Shown: piece after piece, positions 43,855 through 53,930 of the stretch | Numbering within the stretch: the first letter of the stretch is position 1 | Layout: the number at the start of each line of letters is the position of its first letter | From: an uncultured bacterium | Lineage (GTDB): Bacteria; Oederibacteriota; Oederibacteriia; Oederibacteriales; Oederibacteriaceae | Direction of reading: 5' to 3' | DNA: 64,000 nucleotides | Assembly (NCBI GenBank): GCA_965112635.1 | Contig: OZ218778.1 | Coordinates: 2,624,001-2,688,000 of the forward strand | Notes under the pieces: generated by a model | Databases searched by the model: none | What the model was told of the DNA's origin: nothing | The model's input: only the letters and a program-made list of their open reading frames with translations | Program-made: the position numbers and the translations under genes

Positions 43855-44484
43855 CTAATCGGTTTTAAGTAAGGCATCAATTTCTCTTAAACATACCAAG
43901 GACCAGCCTTCTAAATTTAAAGAGGTGTCATTTAGAAGACTATTTGGTTTTGCAAAAAATAACCTGGCTATTTCTTCGCGATGCGCTTTATTGACTTCGA
44001 CTAAAGGCTTATCTAATTCAACTAAATAAATAACTCCAAAATGGACTCTGCCCACCTCATCGGCATCATCATTAAGAACAGCGATCATTTTTCTCTTGGT
44101 TGCTGTTTTAATAACAACCTCTTCGGACAGCTCCCTTTCTAATGCGGCCTCAACAGTTCTTTCTAGGTCCCTCCTGGTGGCAACAGTTCCATCCAAGGGA
44201 TTGATATGGCCCCCAATCCCGATAGATGCCTTATGCATGAGCCTGCTTTCGCCGGAAGTCTTGCTTCGGATATAGGTCAGCACCTCACCCTTATGAACGC
44301 ATAAAACGTAGGGGATGATCTGCTTCAAAGCAAAGTTGCTTTCCGCCTCACTTCTGGGGCAAAAACCACACGTTCCGGACGACAAGATAGCGTCAAAATA
44401 TTTTGAATAATCCAGCGATAATCCCTGAAATGAACCGACTTTATCCAGAATAGCTCTGGGAAAAACAAGAATACTTTCTACCAA
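43855..44484 (-). CDS. Predicted NUDIX-fold phosphoesterase (YmaB/COG4112-like)
   Basis: KQIIPYV, GESRLMHKASIGIGGHINP, RELSEEV, VGRVHFG, LEGWS. Confidence 0.8.
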   Translation of the reverse strand: MVESILVFPRAILDKVGSFQGLSLDYSKYFDAILSSGTCGFCPRSEAESNFALKQIIPYVLCVHKGEVLTYIRSKTSGESRLMHKASIGIGGHINPLDGTVATRRDLERTVEAALERELSEEVVIKTATKRKMIAVLNDDADEVGRVHFGVIYLVELDKPLVEVNKAHREEIARLFFAKPNSLLNDTSLNLEGWSLVCLREIDALLKTD

Positions 44485-44499
44485 AATGACCCCTTCTTC

Positions 44500-45759
44500 T
44501 TAGGTTTTTTGTTGAGCAACCCGAGTTAACAAAAATCTTCTGAGATGGTCTAAAGCGATTTGCGCAGAACGCTCTTTAATGGTAACCCTCTCTCTAAAAG
44601 AAAATCTATGCTCCCACCACATCGAACTGCTTTTAGCATCCAGAGCCATAAAAACCAATCCAACTGGTTTTTTCTTGCTACCGCCTCCTGGTCCGGCAAT
44701 ACCGGTTATCGCAAGCCCAAGGTCTGTTTTACTGATCCTCCGGACACCCCTTGCCATGGCTAAGGCTGCCTGATGGCTTACGGCGCCATATTTCTTCAGT
44801 ATGATAGAGGGAACTCCCAGTAACTGCCTCTTGGACTGATTACTATAGGTAATGACGGCCCGATCAAAATAATCTGAACTTCCAGGTGAATTGGTGATCC
44901 AATTTGCCACCAAGCCACCTGTACAGGATTCTGCTACAGAAAGGACCTGTCTTCTCTTTCTAAGTAGATCCCCCACCACCATAGCCATCGTATGATTGTC
45001 TGTCCCAAAGATATACTGGCCCAGCCTCTTCTTGAGCTCTATTTCGACCTTGTTGATTAATTTCTTGGCCTCAGCTATATTGCCAGCCTTTGCCGTAACC
45101 CTAATTTTAACTTCCATATGGTTGGCCAACAAAGCAAGGGTCGGATTATTTAAAGAAATAAAAAGGTCCTTAATCTTCTCATCCACAGCAGATTCTGTAA
45201 TGCCACAGCACTTTAAGACCCGCGACAAAATGACGCCTCGACTGGATTTTTTCATCAAATAAGGGATAACGCCTCCTTGAAGCATGACTTCCATTTCTCT
45301 GGGAACACCGGGCAGGATAATGCCTGTCTTTCTGCCTTTCTCAAAAATAAACCCTGGCGCCGTTCCCAAAGGGTTCCAAATTACCTGGGCTCCTTTGGGA
45401 ACCCACGCTTGATTCTCATTATTAAGAGGCATTAATGTTTTGCGATGCTTAAAAATACGCTTGATATGTTTCAAAATCCCAGAATTCAAATAAAGAGGCA
45501 TGCGGAAATATTCAGCAAAAGTTTGCTTGGTGAGGTCATCCACTGTTGGGCCAAGCCCTCCAGTGGCCAAAACGAGATCTGCCCTTTTATAAGCATTTCC
45601 AAGAGCGGCCAAGATCCTCTTTCTATTATCACCCACAGCGGTCTTATAATGGACGTCAATGCCTAACTCAGCTAGCCGCTGGCTGATATAAGCGGAATTA
45701 GTATCGACAATCTGCCCTAATAACAATTCTGTCCCGATAGCTAAAATCTCAGCCTTCAT
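44500..45759 (-). CDS. cinA: Competence/damage-inducible protein CinA (NMN deamidase domain)
   Basis: IGTELLLGQIVDTN, GGLGPTVDDLT, LPGVPREM, AESCTGG, GAVS, ITGIAGPGGG. Confidence 0.96.
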   Translation of the reverse strand: MKAEILAIGTELLLGQIVDTNSAYISQRLAELGIDVHYKTAVGDNRKRILAALGNAYKRADLVLATGGLGPTVDDLTKQTFAEYFRMPLYLNSGILKHIKRIFKHRKTLMPLNNENQAWVPKGAQVIWNPLGTAPGFIFEKGRKTGIILPGVPREMEVMLQGGVIPYLMKKSSRGVILSRVLKCCGITESAVDEKIKDLFISLNNPTLALLANHMEVKIRVTAKAGNIAEAKKLINKVEIELKKRLGQYIFGTDNHTMAMVVGDLLRKRRQVLSVAESCTGGLVANWITNSPGSSDYFDRAVITYSNQSKRQLLGVPSIILKKYGAVSHQAALAMARGVRRISKTDLGLAITGIAGPGGGSKKKPVGLVFMALDAKSSSMWWEHRFSFRERVTIKERSAQIALDHLRRFLLTRVAQQKT

Positions 45760-45781
45760 GGCGCCTCAGATTCTTTAAATA

Positions 45782-46234
45782 CTAGAATGGAAACGCTAAA
45801 TGGACTATTTGAAGGATAATATTGGCTAACGCAGCGGATAATAGATCGTCCAGCATCACGCCCCATCCGCCAGGCAGTTTTTGTATTTTCCTTATCCCCA
45901 GGGGTTTGATCACATCAAATAATCGGAACAATAGAAAACCTGCAATAAAATAAAAATATGAAAAAGGAAGACAGAAAACGGCTATCCACATCCCTACGCA
46001 TTCATCAATAACGATCTTGTGGCTGTCCTTCTCTTTATAAATGATCTCTGCCCGCGTGCTTACCCATTCCCCGATGAAAAAACCAACAACAATGATGCAA
46101 GCATCTAGCAAAATGGACCTGTGAAAATAGTAATAAAAAATTAAACCCGCCAATGCTCCAAAAGTGCCTGATGCAAAGGGTATACGGCCTATATAAAAGA
46201 CTGAAGCTACGATCTTCACTAGGTGAGATCTCAC
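45782..46234 (-). CDS. pgpA: Phosphatidylglycerophosphatase A
   Basis: PFASGTFG, IVIDECVG, FRLFDVIKP, GGWGVMLDDLL. Confidence 0.93.
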   Translation of the reverse strand: MRSHLVKIVASVFYIGRIPFASGTFGALAGLIFYYYFHRSILLDACIIVVGFFIGEWVSTRAEIIYKEKDSHKIVIDECVGMWIAVFCLPFSYFYFIAGFLLFRLFDVIKPLGIRKIQKLPGGWGVMLDDLLSAALANIILQIVHLAFPF

Positions 46235-46845
46235 AGAAGTTCCTTATAAAATAGTTTTTTGTTCTTCCAGACAAAATCAACACCGGAAGTTATTGAAAAT
46301 ACGGTTGCTATGAACATCAGCCAATAAGGCCCATATTTAACAAACTCATTCAATGGTGTCGCAAAAATCGAGCCGCTTGCGAACCAAAGGGCTAGGGCAG
46401 GATAATGTTCGGTGGTTGAAGAAATAGCTAATACCAAAAGAGTGCTGATAATGGCTGTCATTTGGGAGATGGTTTTATGCTTACCGGAACGTTCAGCGGC
46501 CAACACCTGATTCTGGGTCAGGGCAAAAAACCTAATGCTCGTAATGAGGAATTCCCTGCTAACAATAATGATCACCATCCAGGGAGGTATAACGTCATAC
46601 ATAACAAAAATAACTAACGCCGAGATGACCAATATTTTATCGGCAACTGGATCAAGGATCTTACCGAAGTTGCTGATTTCCCTAAAACGTCTAGCGATCC
46701 ATCCATCATAATAATCTGTTAGGGCCGCTATAATAAATATCAGAAAAGCCGCCCAATAGGTGATCATTTTATCCTGGATAATGAACCAGATGAATATCGG
46801 CACTAAAAAGATACGGCTCAATGTCAATAAATTGGCAAATCCCAT
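46231..46845 (-). CDS. pgsA: CDP-diacylglycerol--glycerol-3-phosphate 3-phosphatidyltransferase
   Basis: NLLTLSRI and the CDP-alcohol phosphotransferase motif TDYYDGWIARR...GKILDPVADK. Confidence 0.95.
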   Translation of the reverse strand: MGFANLLTLSRIFLVPIFIWFIIQDKMITYWAAFLIFIIAALTDYYDGWIARRFREISNFGKILDPVADKILVISALVIFVMYDVIPPWMVIIIVSREFLITSIRFFALTQNQVLAAERSGKHKTISQMTAIISTLLVLAISSTTEHYPALALWFASGSIFATPLNEFVKYGPYWLMFIATVFSITSGVDFVWKNKKLFYKELL

Positions 46846-46860
46846 AATATGACCTCTATT

Positions 46861-48282
46861 TTAGTAATTTGTTTCATACCGACCTATTAAATCATAGTCC
46901 AAAGCATTAGTAACCCTCACTTGGACAAATTGCCCTGGTTTAATATTTAAAGTTTTCGGAGCGGAGAAGTATACTTCCCCATCTATCTCCGGGGCATCGT
47001 GTTCGCTACGGCCAACCCACCACTGAATAGACCCTTTAGAGGCTTTCTCGTGATTCTTGCGTGTTCTTTTTTTTAATTTATTTCCGACTAGATTTTCAGG
47101 CAAATTCACATCATGCCCGGGATGATCAAGGATAACCCTAACAATATCACCTATTTTTCCTGTTGCTTTCTTCAAAGAAATCCGCCGCTGCAATGTCATG
47201 AGGATATGCTTTCTTTCCTGCTGAATTTCGGGGGCAATGGTCTGGTAAAGCTTGGAGGCTGCGGTATTTTTTTCTGACGAATAACAGAAAACACCCAATT
47301 TGTCGAATTGCACACGCTGTACAAAACGGCACAACTTCTTAAAAGCACCCTCGGTTTCTCCAGGGAAACCAACGATGAATGTAGTCCTAATAGAAACACC
47401 AGGGATTTTCTTCCTGATTGACCAGATAAGGTTTTCAGTTTCCTTCTCAGAACCAGGCCTCTTCATAGTTCTCAATATCCTTTTGTCGATATGCTGCAAC
47501 GGGATATCAACATATTTACATACCTTGGGTTCTTGGCTGATAATCTCAAATATTTCCTTATTGGAAATATCCGGGAATAAATATAACAATCTTATCCATT
47601 CCATCCCCTTGACTCTCGATACAGCTTGAAGCATTTCCGCGGTTTTATGCTTGCCGTAAAGCTCCAATCCATAGCTGGATGTATCCTGGCCCACGAGTTG
47701 GATCTCCTTTACTCCCTGTTCAGCCAGGCTTTTAGCCTCAAGTACGATCGATTCGATCTTGCGGCTCCTCATTCTGCCCCTTAAAAAAGGGATATTGCAG
47801 AACGAACATCGTCGGTTGCACCCTTCTGATATTTTTATGACTGAAGTATGCGGGAGGGTCACCCTGAGACGAGGCGTTAGATGGTGATAAAGATAAGTCG
47901 GCCTGCCTACTCTGATAACCTTTTTACCTGATCCTTTGAGCTTCTCAAATATTTCATAAATCCTGTTAATTTCCCCAGGACCAGCCACAGCGTCTATTTC
48001 CGGAATTTGAGCTAAAAGATTTCCCTGATACTGCTGGGCGAGGCAACCCGTAACGATCAGCAGTTGTTTCTCTTGGATTTTTAAGGCAGCCATCTCATTT
48101 AAAATATTGATGGATTCTTGTCTGGCATCCTGAATAAACGCACACGTGTTGACTAGGATGATATCGGCATTCTGAGGTGAGCCCGTTAAATTAAATCCTT
48201 TCTTTTTTAACAGACCAAGCATGACTTCAGTATCAACAAGATTCTTGGAACACCCCAAACTTGCACAATAAACTCTTGGCAA
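46861..48282 (-). CDS. rimO: Ribosomal protein S12 methylthiotransferase RimO
   Basis: SLGCSKNLVDTE, NTCAFI, radical SAM CNRRCSFC, RTTFIVGFPGET, DAPEIDG, TRAM end YDLIG. Confidence 0.95.
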   Translation of the reverse strand: MPRVYCASLGCSKNLVDTEVMLGLLKKKGFNLTGSPQNADIILVNTCAFIQDARQESINILNEMAALKIQEKQLLIVTGCLAQQYQGNLLAQIPEIDAVAGPGEINRIYEIFEKLKGSGKKVIRVGRPTYLYHHLTPRLRVTLPHTSVIKISEGCNRRCSFCNIPFLRGRMRSRKIESIVLEAKSLAEQGVKEIQLVGQDTSSYGLELYGKHKTAEMLQAVSRVKGMEWIRLLYLFPDISNKEIFEIISQEPKVCKYVDIPLQHIDKRILRTMKRPGSEKETENLIWSIRKKIPGVSIRTTFIVGFPGETEGAFKKLCRFVQRVQFDKLGVFCYSSEKNTAASKLYQTIAPEIQQERKHILMTLQRRISLKKATGKIGDIVRVILDHPGHDVNLPENLVGNKLKKRTRKNHEKASKGSIQWWVGRSEHDAPEIDGEVYFSAPKTLNIKPGQFVQVRVTNALDYDLIGRYETNY

Positions 48283-48444
48283 AAGTTCCCCTTTAAAAAA
48301 TTAATTTATCGACTTCACATTACGGAAATTCTTATCACCATAAGCCAAATAGACACAACTATATCGTGCGCGTAGAACACCTTATCCTTCAGCTTGGCTT
48401 AAAGGTGGTAAAAAAGAAACGATTACAATTGTTTTAAAAGTAAT

Positions 48445-49233
48445 CTATTTCTTTGGGCCTATATTCGCAGTGCCAGTCATGATGCGCGGTTGCGGTTGAG
48501 GTTGAATCCTCGTATTGACTCTAACCGGCGTAGCGGTAGGTGCTGGTTTTGGAGGTTTGGGAGCCTTCATGCTCTTGACGCCATTATCAATGACCAACAA
48601 AGGAATAGCCTCGCCCAGCTTTCCGGTAATTTTGAAGGGTTTACCGTTCATCGTCAGATTCAATCCACCCGCATTCCCGATTTTCAGCACAAAACCTTTT
48701 TGGGCTTCCCAAATCTTTTTATCCCCCTTCTTCAACTGGTAAGTTGCTTCGGTCATAAGGTCGGAACTGACAGAAAGAGACCCGTCCGCCGTGGCCTCTG
48801 CCTCAAGATAGATAAAACCCTGGGACATTTTTTGCTGTTTATAAATGTCGCTCATGATAACGGTATCGATCCTTACCGTCTTTTGTGGCGCGGCTGGATC
48901 GTTGGAAAAGATCGTGACGGTTTTACTGACTGGCCCCATTTTTCCTTGGGGATTGAAGGAAACCTGCATGATCCCGCTGGCCAATGGCGTTATACTCTTA
49001 TAAGTCAGCATCGCCGAGGTGCAGCCGCAAGAGGCCTGTGTTTTATCGATAATAAGCTGCGCATCACCCTGGTTTTCTATGACAAAATTGTGCTGCAACA
49101 TTTCCGCCCCAGTGACATTCCCAAAATCAAAGGAATCCTCAGTAACATGGATCTTTGGCGCGGCAAAGGATAACGCTGCTCCAAATAAAACGACCAAACT
49201 TAACACCATAACACTTGAAACAATCTTCTTCAT
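48445..49233 (-). CDS. Exported protein with DUF1573 (Ig-like, CGC motif) and RodZ C-terminal-like (DUF4115) domains
   Basis: Signal peptide; FDFGNV...NQGDAQLII...ASCGCT...KTVTIFSNDP; then LKIGNAGGLNLTMNGKP, similar to the neighbouring RodZ C-terminus. Confidence 0.75.
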   Translation of the reverse strand: MKKIVSSVMVLSLVVLFGAALSFAAPKIHVTEDSFDFGNVTGAEMLQHNFVIENQGDAQLIIDKTQASCGCTSAMLTYKSITPLASGIMQVSFNPQGKMGPVSKTVTIFSNDPAAPQKTVRIDTVIMSDIYKQQKMSQGFIYLEAEATADGSLSVSSDLMTEATYQLKKGDKKIWEAQKGFVLKIGNAGGLNLTMNGKPFKITGKLGEAIPLLVIDNGVKSMKAPKPPKPAPTATPVRVNTRIQPQPQPRIMTGTANIGPKK

Positions 49234-49289
49234 TGCTACTCCTTTCCTTTATGATTTTTAATAAGGTAGTTCTGGAGAACCTATTTAGT

Positions 49290-49784
49290 TTATCTAAAGT
49301 TCGTAAATTGTAAAGATACCCCCCACTCCCCTCTTTTGAGGATAGCCATAACTTCTTGAAGATCGTCTTTGCTACGGCTTGTAAATCTTATCTGATCTGC
49401 CTGAATTTGCGGCTGAACTTTTAGCTTGGTGTCTTTAATAGCCTTGACGATCTCTTTGGCTTTTTCTTGAGGAATGCCCTGGATTAACTTAACAACCTGC
49501 CTAACGGTTTGGCCAGAAGCTGGTTCCACTTTGTTCCACTCCAGACTTTTCAGAGAAACGCCTCTTTTTACCAGCTTACCTTGAAAAAGGTCAACGACAG
49601 TTTTCAATTTGTAGTCATCATCTGAAATGATCGTCAGTTCATTCTTTTGCTTATCCAGAGTAATTTGACTCTGACTTCCCTTAAAATCAAATCGCTGTAA
49701 TATTTCTTTCATAGCTTGTTGGACCGCATTATCCACCTCTTGGAGATTGACCTTGGATACCGCATCAAAGGAAAAATCTGCCAT
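49290..49784 (-). CDS. yajQ: YajQ family cyclic-di-GMP/nucleotide-binding protein
   Basis: SFDAVSKVNLQEVDNAV, RFDFKGS, KDDLQEV, LQFTNFR. Confidence 0.95.
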   Translation of the reverse strand: MADFSFDAVSKVNLQEVDNAVQQAMKEILQRFDFKGSQSQITLDKQKNELTIISDDDYKLKTVVDLFQGKLVKRGVSLKSLEWNKVEPASGQTVRQVVKLIQGIPQEKAKEIVKAIKDTKLKVQPQIQADQIRFTSRSKDDLQEVMAILKRGEWGVSLQFTNFR

Positions 49785-49825
49785 AGCTTTGCACCCCTCT
49801 TTCTAAATTGGTTATCCTCTTCGTA

Positions 49826-50617
49826 TCAGGGCAAATCAGACTTGGAGGTCACGGTTAGCCCTTGAGCGTTGTTAAAGTGTAAATCACCGTTCGAATCAAT
49901 CATTAAGGAAGAGATCACTTGTCCAGCCTTACCCAGGACGCCAACAGGCTTCTCGTTTAGCTGTAAACGCAAACCGCCTGCGTTGCCGATCTTGAGATAA
50001 AATTTTTTCCGAGCCTTCCAAATATTGGTATCCCCCTTCTTCATCTCATAGGACTTTTCCTGCATTAGGTCTGATCTTACTGAAAGCCAGACATCATCAA
50101 TAGCCATACCAATAAGATAAACATTGTCGTCCTTTATTCCAAGAGCTTTTTTAAATTCCACAAAATTTTTGGCGTAGGGAAACTTGGATACAGCAGGAGC
50201 AGGAACAAAATAGATATATACAAAATACGCCGCCAACAAGGCTACCATCCCCAGCAAAAACCACTTTACCCAAATTTTAACCTTATCCCATTTCAGCGCT
50301 TGCCTGATAAGTCTTAAAAGGTTCGGATTTGGCTTTGCCTCTTCTTCCATTCTTGTCTTTATGGTCTCTTGGAAGACTGCAACCCTTTTGATGGATGCGG
50401 AATATTTTTCCAGAGCTGCATTGGGATCGACCTCTAACGCTTTGGCGTAGGACCTTATAAATCCCTTTAAATAGGTTTCTCCCCTGAAACTATCGAAATG
50501 GTCTGCTTCCAAAGCCTGGAGGAGAGGCAAGGAAATTTTGGTCCTCTTTTGGATTTCCTCTAAAGAAACGCCTTTGCTCTTGCGCAAAGAACTTAAATAG
50601 GCGCCTACTGAATCCAC
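49826..50617 (-). CDS. rodZ: RodZ-like helix-turn-helix membrane protein (HTH_25 + TM + DUF4115)
   Basis: VGAYLSSLRKSKGVSLEEI...TKIS...YLKGFIRSYAKAL, TM, LKIGNAGGLRLQLN. Confidence 0.85.
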   Translation of the reverse strand: MDSVGAYLSSLRKSKGVSLEEIQKRTKISLPLLQALEADHFDSFRGETYLKGFIRSYAKALEVDPNAALEKYSASIKRVAVFQETIKTRMEEEAKPNPNLLRLIRQALKWDKVKIWVKWFLLGMVALLAAYFVYIYFVPAPAVSKFPYAKNFVEFKKALGIKDDNVYLIGMAIDDVWLSVRSDLMQEKSYEMKKGDTNIWKARKKFYLKIGNAGGLRLQLNEKPVGVLGKAGQVISSLMIDSNGDLHFNNAQGLTVTSKSDLP

Positions 50618-50635
50618 GCTGTGCTCCCCTTCGAT

Positions 50636-51328
50636 TTACTTTGTCCCAGTTGGGGCTAAAAGGGCCCCGTCGATGACCTCAACGCCAGAAGGAACTTTAA
50701 AATTGAATTGACCCGCATTAATGGAGGGATTCAACTTGACCCTGTCCAACTTGATCGAGAACATACTTCCGCTTGCAGTATAAATTAAGGTCTGGGTGGG
50801 CATCCATCCCGACTCATTAACCCAAAGCTTCACTTCATGGTAAGTTTTGCTGTTCTTCTTTTTCGGGACTAACTTAAGGATATAGGAATTCCCGTCAGCC
50901 GATCGCTCTTCCCCTAGGACTGATATCTGATAACGCTCCTGTAATTGGCTGACTTCCTGTCCTAGCTGAAAGGCAAATTGCTTTAAAACTTCGGAGGAAT
51001 CAATGTTTTGGCGGATAACCTGGTTTAACTCGGGAGTATAAAGCCATGCGACCTTCCCGTCTGAAACAAATGTCTGTGCGGACGGCTTCCGGAAATTAAT
51101 GAATATTTTATTCGGCCTCTCAATAATGATGCTTCCAACAATCTTTTCCTCTTGCAAACTTTGCCTTAATTTGATGGTCTCAGACAACTCAGCGCTTAGG
51201 GACATGGCCTCGGTCTTGCTAAGATGTCCCAATATCTCTTCTGTCGTTAATGTCTTTGCCCCTAAACTGTTGAGGCTAAAGCCATAAAGGAAAGCAAAGA
51301 AAAATAGAAAATAGGCAAAACGCCTCAC
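50636..51328 (-). CDS. lolA: Outer-membrane lipoprotein carrier LolA family
   Basis: Signal peptide, ERPNK, FVSDGKVAWLYTPELNQV, FNFKVPSGVEVID; directly downstream of ftsK. Confidence 0.88.
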   Translation of the reverse strand: MRRFAYFLFFFAFLYGFSLNSLGAKTLTTEEILGHLSKTEAMSLSAELSETIKLRQSLQEEKIVGSIIIERPNKIFINFRKPSAQTFVSDGKVAWLYTPELNQVIRQNIDSSEVLKQFAFQLGQEVSQLQERYQISVLGEERSADGNSYILKLVPKKKNSKTYHEVKLWVNESGWMPTQTLIYTASGSMFSIKLDRVKLNPSINAGQFNFKVPSGVEVIDGALLAPTGTK

Positions 51329-53682
51329 GATTCCTTCTCCTCTTTATCCCCATCCTTTGAGCGGTCATCATCCTCAACCTTGGCGCTTGCTGATTGCACT
51401 TCATTTATCTCTTGGGTATCAGGCACCTCGGAGATCAATACCTTCCTGGGTTTGTTTCCCTCCTGAGGGGCTACCACTCCCTGTTCTTCCATCATATCCA
51501 CTAACCGCGCAGCCCTGCTGTAACCCAAACCAAGTTTCCTCTGAAGCATGGAAGTAGATATCTGGCCGCTGCGGACAGCCACGCGCACGGCCTCATCGTA
51601 CATTTCATCCTTCTCAACCCTAACCCCTTGATAGGTTCCCGAAGTCTGGTTTTCCAGAAAGGTCTGATCATAATCTGGGACCCCTTGCTTCTTTAAGAAC
51701 TCAACGACCTTTTTAACTTCTATTTCACTGATATACGCGCCTTGGACTCTGATGGGCTTTTGGGCCCCGGGAGGCAGGAAAAGCATGTCCCCTCGCCCTA
51801 GCAGCTTTTCCGCGCCCTGACTATCCAAAATTGTCCTGGAATCGGTCGCCGAGGGAATCTGGAAGGCGATTCTCGCGGGAATATTACTTTTGATGAGCCC
51901 GGTAATTACATCAACGGAGGGACGCTGGGTCGCCAGGATAAGATGGATACCTACGGCTCTTGCTAATTGGGCCAATCGGGTGATGGCATCCTCCACTTTC
52001 TTGCGGTTGGCCATCATCAAATCCGCCAGCTCATCAATGGCCACGACAATGTAGGGAAGGGGCTCAAAACCTTCTTCCCGGGCTGATAAATTATAGCTTT
52101 CCAGGTTTCTTACGCTGACACTAGCCAACAACTTGTATCGGTCCTCCATGACACCTATCAGCCATTCTAATGCCAGCGCGGCCATTTTGGGATCCGTGAT
52201 GATTGGGACCAACAGGTGGGGGATGTCCTGATAGCTGGTCAGCTCGACCATTTTGGGGTCGATCAAAAGCAACCTGACTTCATTTGGAGTATTCCTAAAA
52301 AGAAGGCTGTTCACCAAGGCCGCCACACAGATGCTTTTTCCCGTGTTGGTCGCCCCGCCGATCAATAGATGCGGCATTTTATCGAGTTCGAACACCATAC
52401 AGTCGCCTTGCACGCCCTTGCCCAAAGCGACGGACAGGGGCGAAGAAGACGATTTCATGGCCTGGCTTTCCAATATCTCGCGCAAAGTGACGAGTGCGGA
52501 CTGAGGATTTGGAACTTCGACGCCGATAGTTCCTTTGCCGGGAAGGGGGGCGACTATCCTCACCGCCTGGACCTTTAAAACCAACGCCATGTCATTGCTT
52601 AAATTGGTGATCTGATTGATCTTCACTCCGGGCGCAGGCGCCAATTCATACACGGTAACCACCGGACCCGGCTGAACATGGACGACGCGGGCATCCACGC
52701 CAAAGTTACGCAAACATTGCTCCAGGATCAATGAGCGTTCCTGATGCTCATTGGCGCTCAAGGTCCCGGTTACTGCCTCAGGCAGAGACAATAGATCTAA
52801 GGGAGGCCTTTCAAAAGAGGCGGATTTCGCATTCTTAGATTTTTTTAACCTACGGATCTCAGGATGCTTTTCAACGGTTTGATTTATTATTTCCTTAGGT
52901 AAGCTTTCCTCAGATTCGACCTCGGGTGCAACAGAATCGACCCTTGGAGGCTTCCCGGCAGGTTCTATATTCTCTATCTGGGTCTTCTCTTCAATTTTGT
53001 TTCTTACAGCCAGGTCTCTCCTGAATTGGCGGTTGGCCTTGATGATCCTTATTCTTTCCCTGGTCACGATCCATGTTTTCTTTGTCAAAACGGCCAGAAA
53101 TTCAAACCACACCACTAACTCTTTCCGAAGGTTCGCAAGAAAATCTAACAAGGTCAGTTCGGTTGCTAATACGGCGCTGGCTAAGAAAAGCCCGATGACA
53201 ACCAGAAAGGAACCCGGCTTGCCGATCAATTTCTCAGCGATGGCCGCTAAGCTGTTGCCGACCCGGTTACTATACTTTAAAGACTCTTGAGAATAAGAGG
53301 ATGTGCATAGGCTTATCAAGGTTGGCCACATCAAGAAACCTAGACCAAAACCTATCCATTTAGATAAAACCTTTTCTTCGACTTCATTGACAATCCATTT
53401 CCACCCAAAATTACCAAGTAAAAAAGGGATTAGGAGCGATCCCCACCAGCCGAAGAGATAAATCACAATATGGTTGAACAGGACGCCAATGATCCCCACC
53501 CAATTATGGTAAATGACCTTTTGTGTCTCACCGACAACAGCCTTTGAACCATACAAAAATAAATTATAATCCTCAGGATTGTAGGTTAACAAGCTCAGCA
53601 GGGTTAGAAAGGCCCCCACAAACAGCAAAATACCCACTAAAGTTTGTTTGGTCTTTAAATTCAATCTAAGAACAAAGGCCAT
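51325..53682 (-). CDS. ftsK: DNA translocase FtsK/SpoIIIE
   Basis: 4TM N-domain, GPVVTVYE, MPHLLIGGATNTGKS, IDPKMVEL, DELADLMM, ATQRPSVDVITG, gamma domain LQRKLGLGYSRAARL. Confidence 0.97.
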   Translation of the reverse strand: MAFVLRLNLKTKQTLVGILLFVGAFLTLLSLLTYNPEDYNLFLYGSKAVVGETQKVIYHNWVGIIGVLFNHIVIYLFGWWGSLLIPFLLGNFGWKWIVNEVEEKVLSKWIGFGLGFLMWPTLISLCTSSYSQESLKYSNRVGNSLAAIAEKLIGKPGSFLVVIGLFLASAVLATELTLLDFLANLRKELVVWFEFLAVLTKKTWIVTRERIRIIKANRQFRRDLAVRNKIEEKTQIENIEPAGKPPRVDSVAPEVESEESLPKEIINQTVEKHPEIRRLKKSKNAKSASFERPPLDLLSLPEAVTGTLSANEHQERSLILEQCLRNFGVDARVVHVQPGPVVTVYELAPAPGVKINQITNLSNDMALVLKVQAVRIVAPLPGKGTIGVEVPNPQSALVTLREILESQAMKSSSSPLSVALGKGVQGDCMVFELDKMPHLLIGGATNTGKSICVAALVNSLLFRNTPNEVRLLLIDPKMVELTSYQDIPHLLVPIITDPKMAALALEWLIGVMEDRYKLLASVSVRNLESYNLSAREEGFEPLPYIVVAIDELADLMMANRKKVEDAITRLAQLARAVGIHLILATQRPSVDVITGLIKSNIPARIAFQIPSATDSRTILDSQGAEKLLGRGDMLFLPPGAQKPIRVQGAYISEIEVKKVVEFLKKQGVPDYDQTFLENQTSGTYQGVRVEKDEMYDEAVRVAVRSGQISTSMLQRKLGLGYSRAARLVDMMEEQGVVAPQEGNKPRKVLISEVPDTQEINEVQSASAKVEDDDRSKDGDKEEKES

Positions 53683-53723
53683 GAGCAGCTACTCCCTTTA
53701 GTAACAAAAAAATCAGCACCCCA

Positions 53724-53867
53724 CTATTTTGGAAAAACAAACCTTATAACAAGATAAAGAACCACAAGAAAAATAAGGATGAACCCAAGCGTTTTCAAAT
53801 GCCATTTCCAACTAAAATTTAGTGGGTCTTGGAGTTCTGTCTTTTGATGGTTTTCTTGCGTGTCCAT
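53724..53867 (-). CDS. Small (47 aa) single-pass membrane protein
   Basis: Below the track cutoff. GGGAGGAG RBS, then MDTQENHQKTELQDPLNFSWKWHLKTLGFILIFLVVLYLVIRFVFPK*; fills the dut-ftsK gap. Confidence 0.65.
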   Translation of the reverse strand: MDTQENHQKTELQDPLNFSWKWHLKTLGFILIFLVVLYLVIRFVFPK

Positions 53868-53930
53868 GGCTCCTCCCTCAGGATGATGGATAAAACCCTA
53901 TTATTTCCCTTACTATACCTTGAAAAACAA

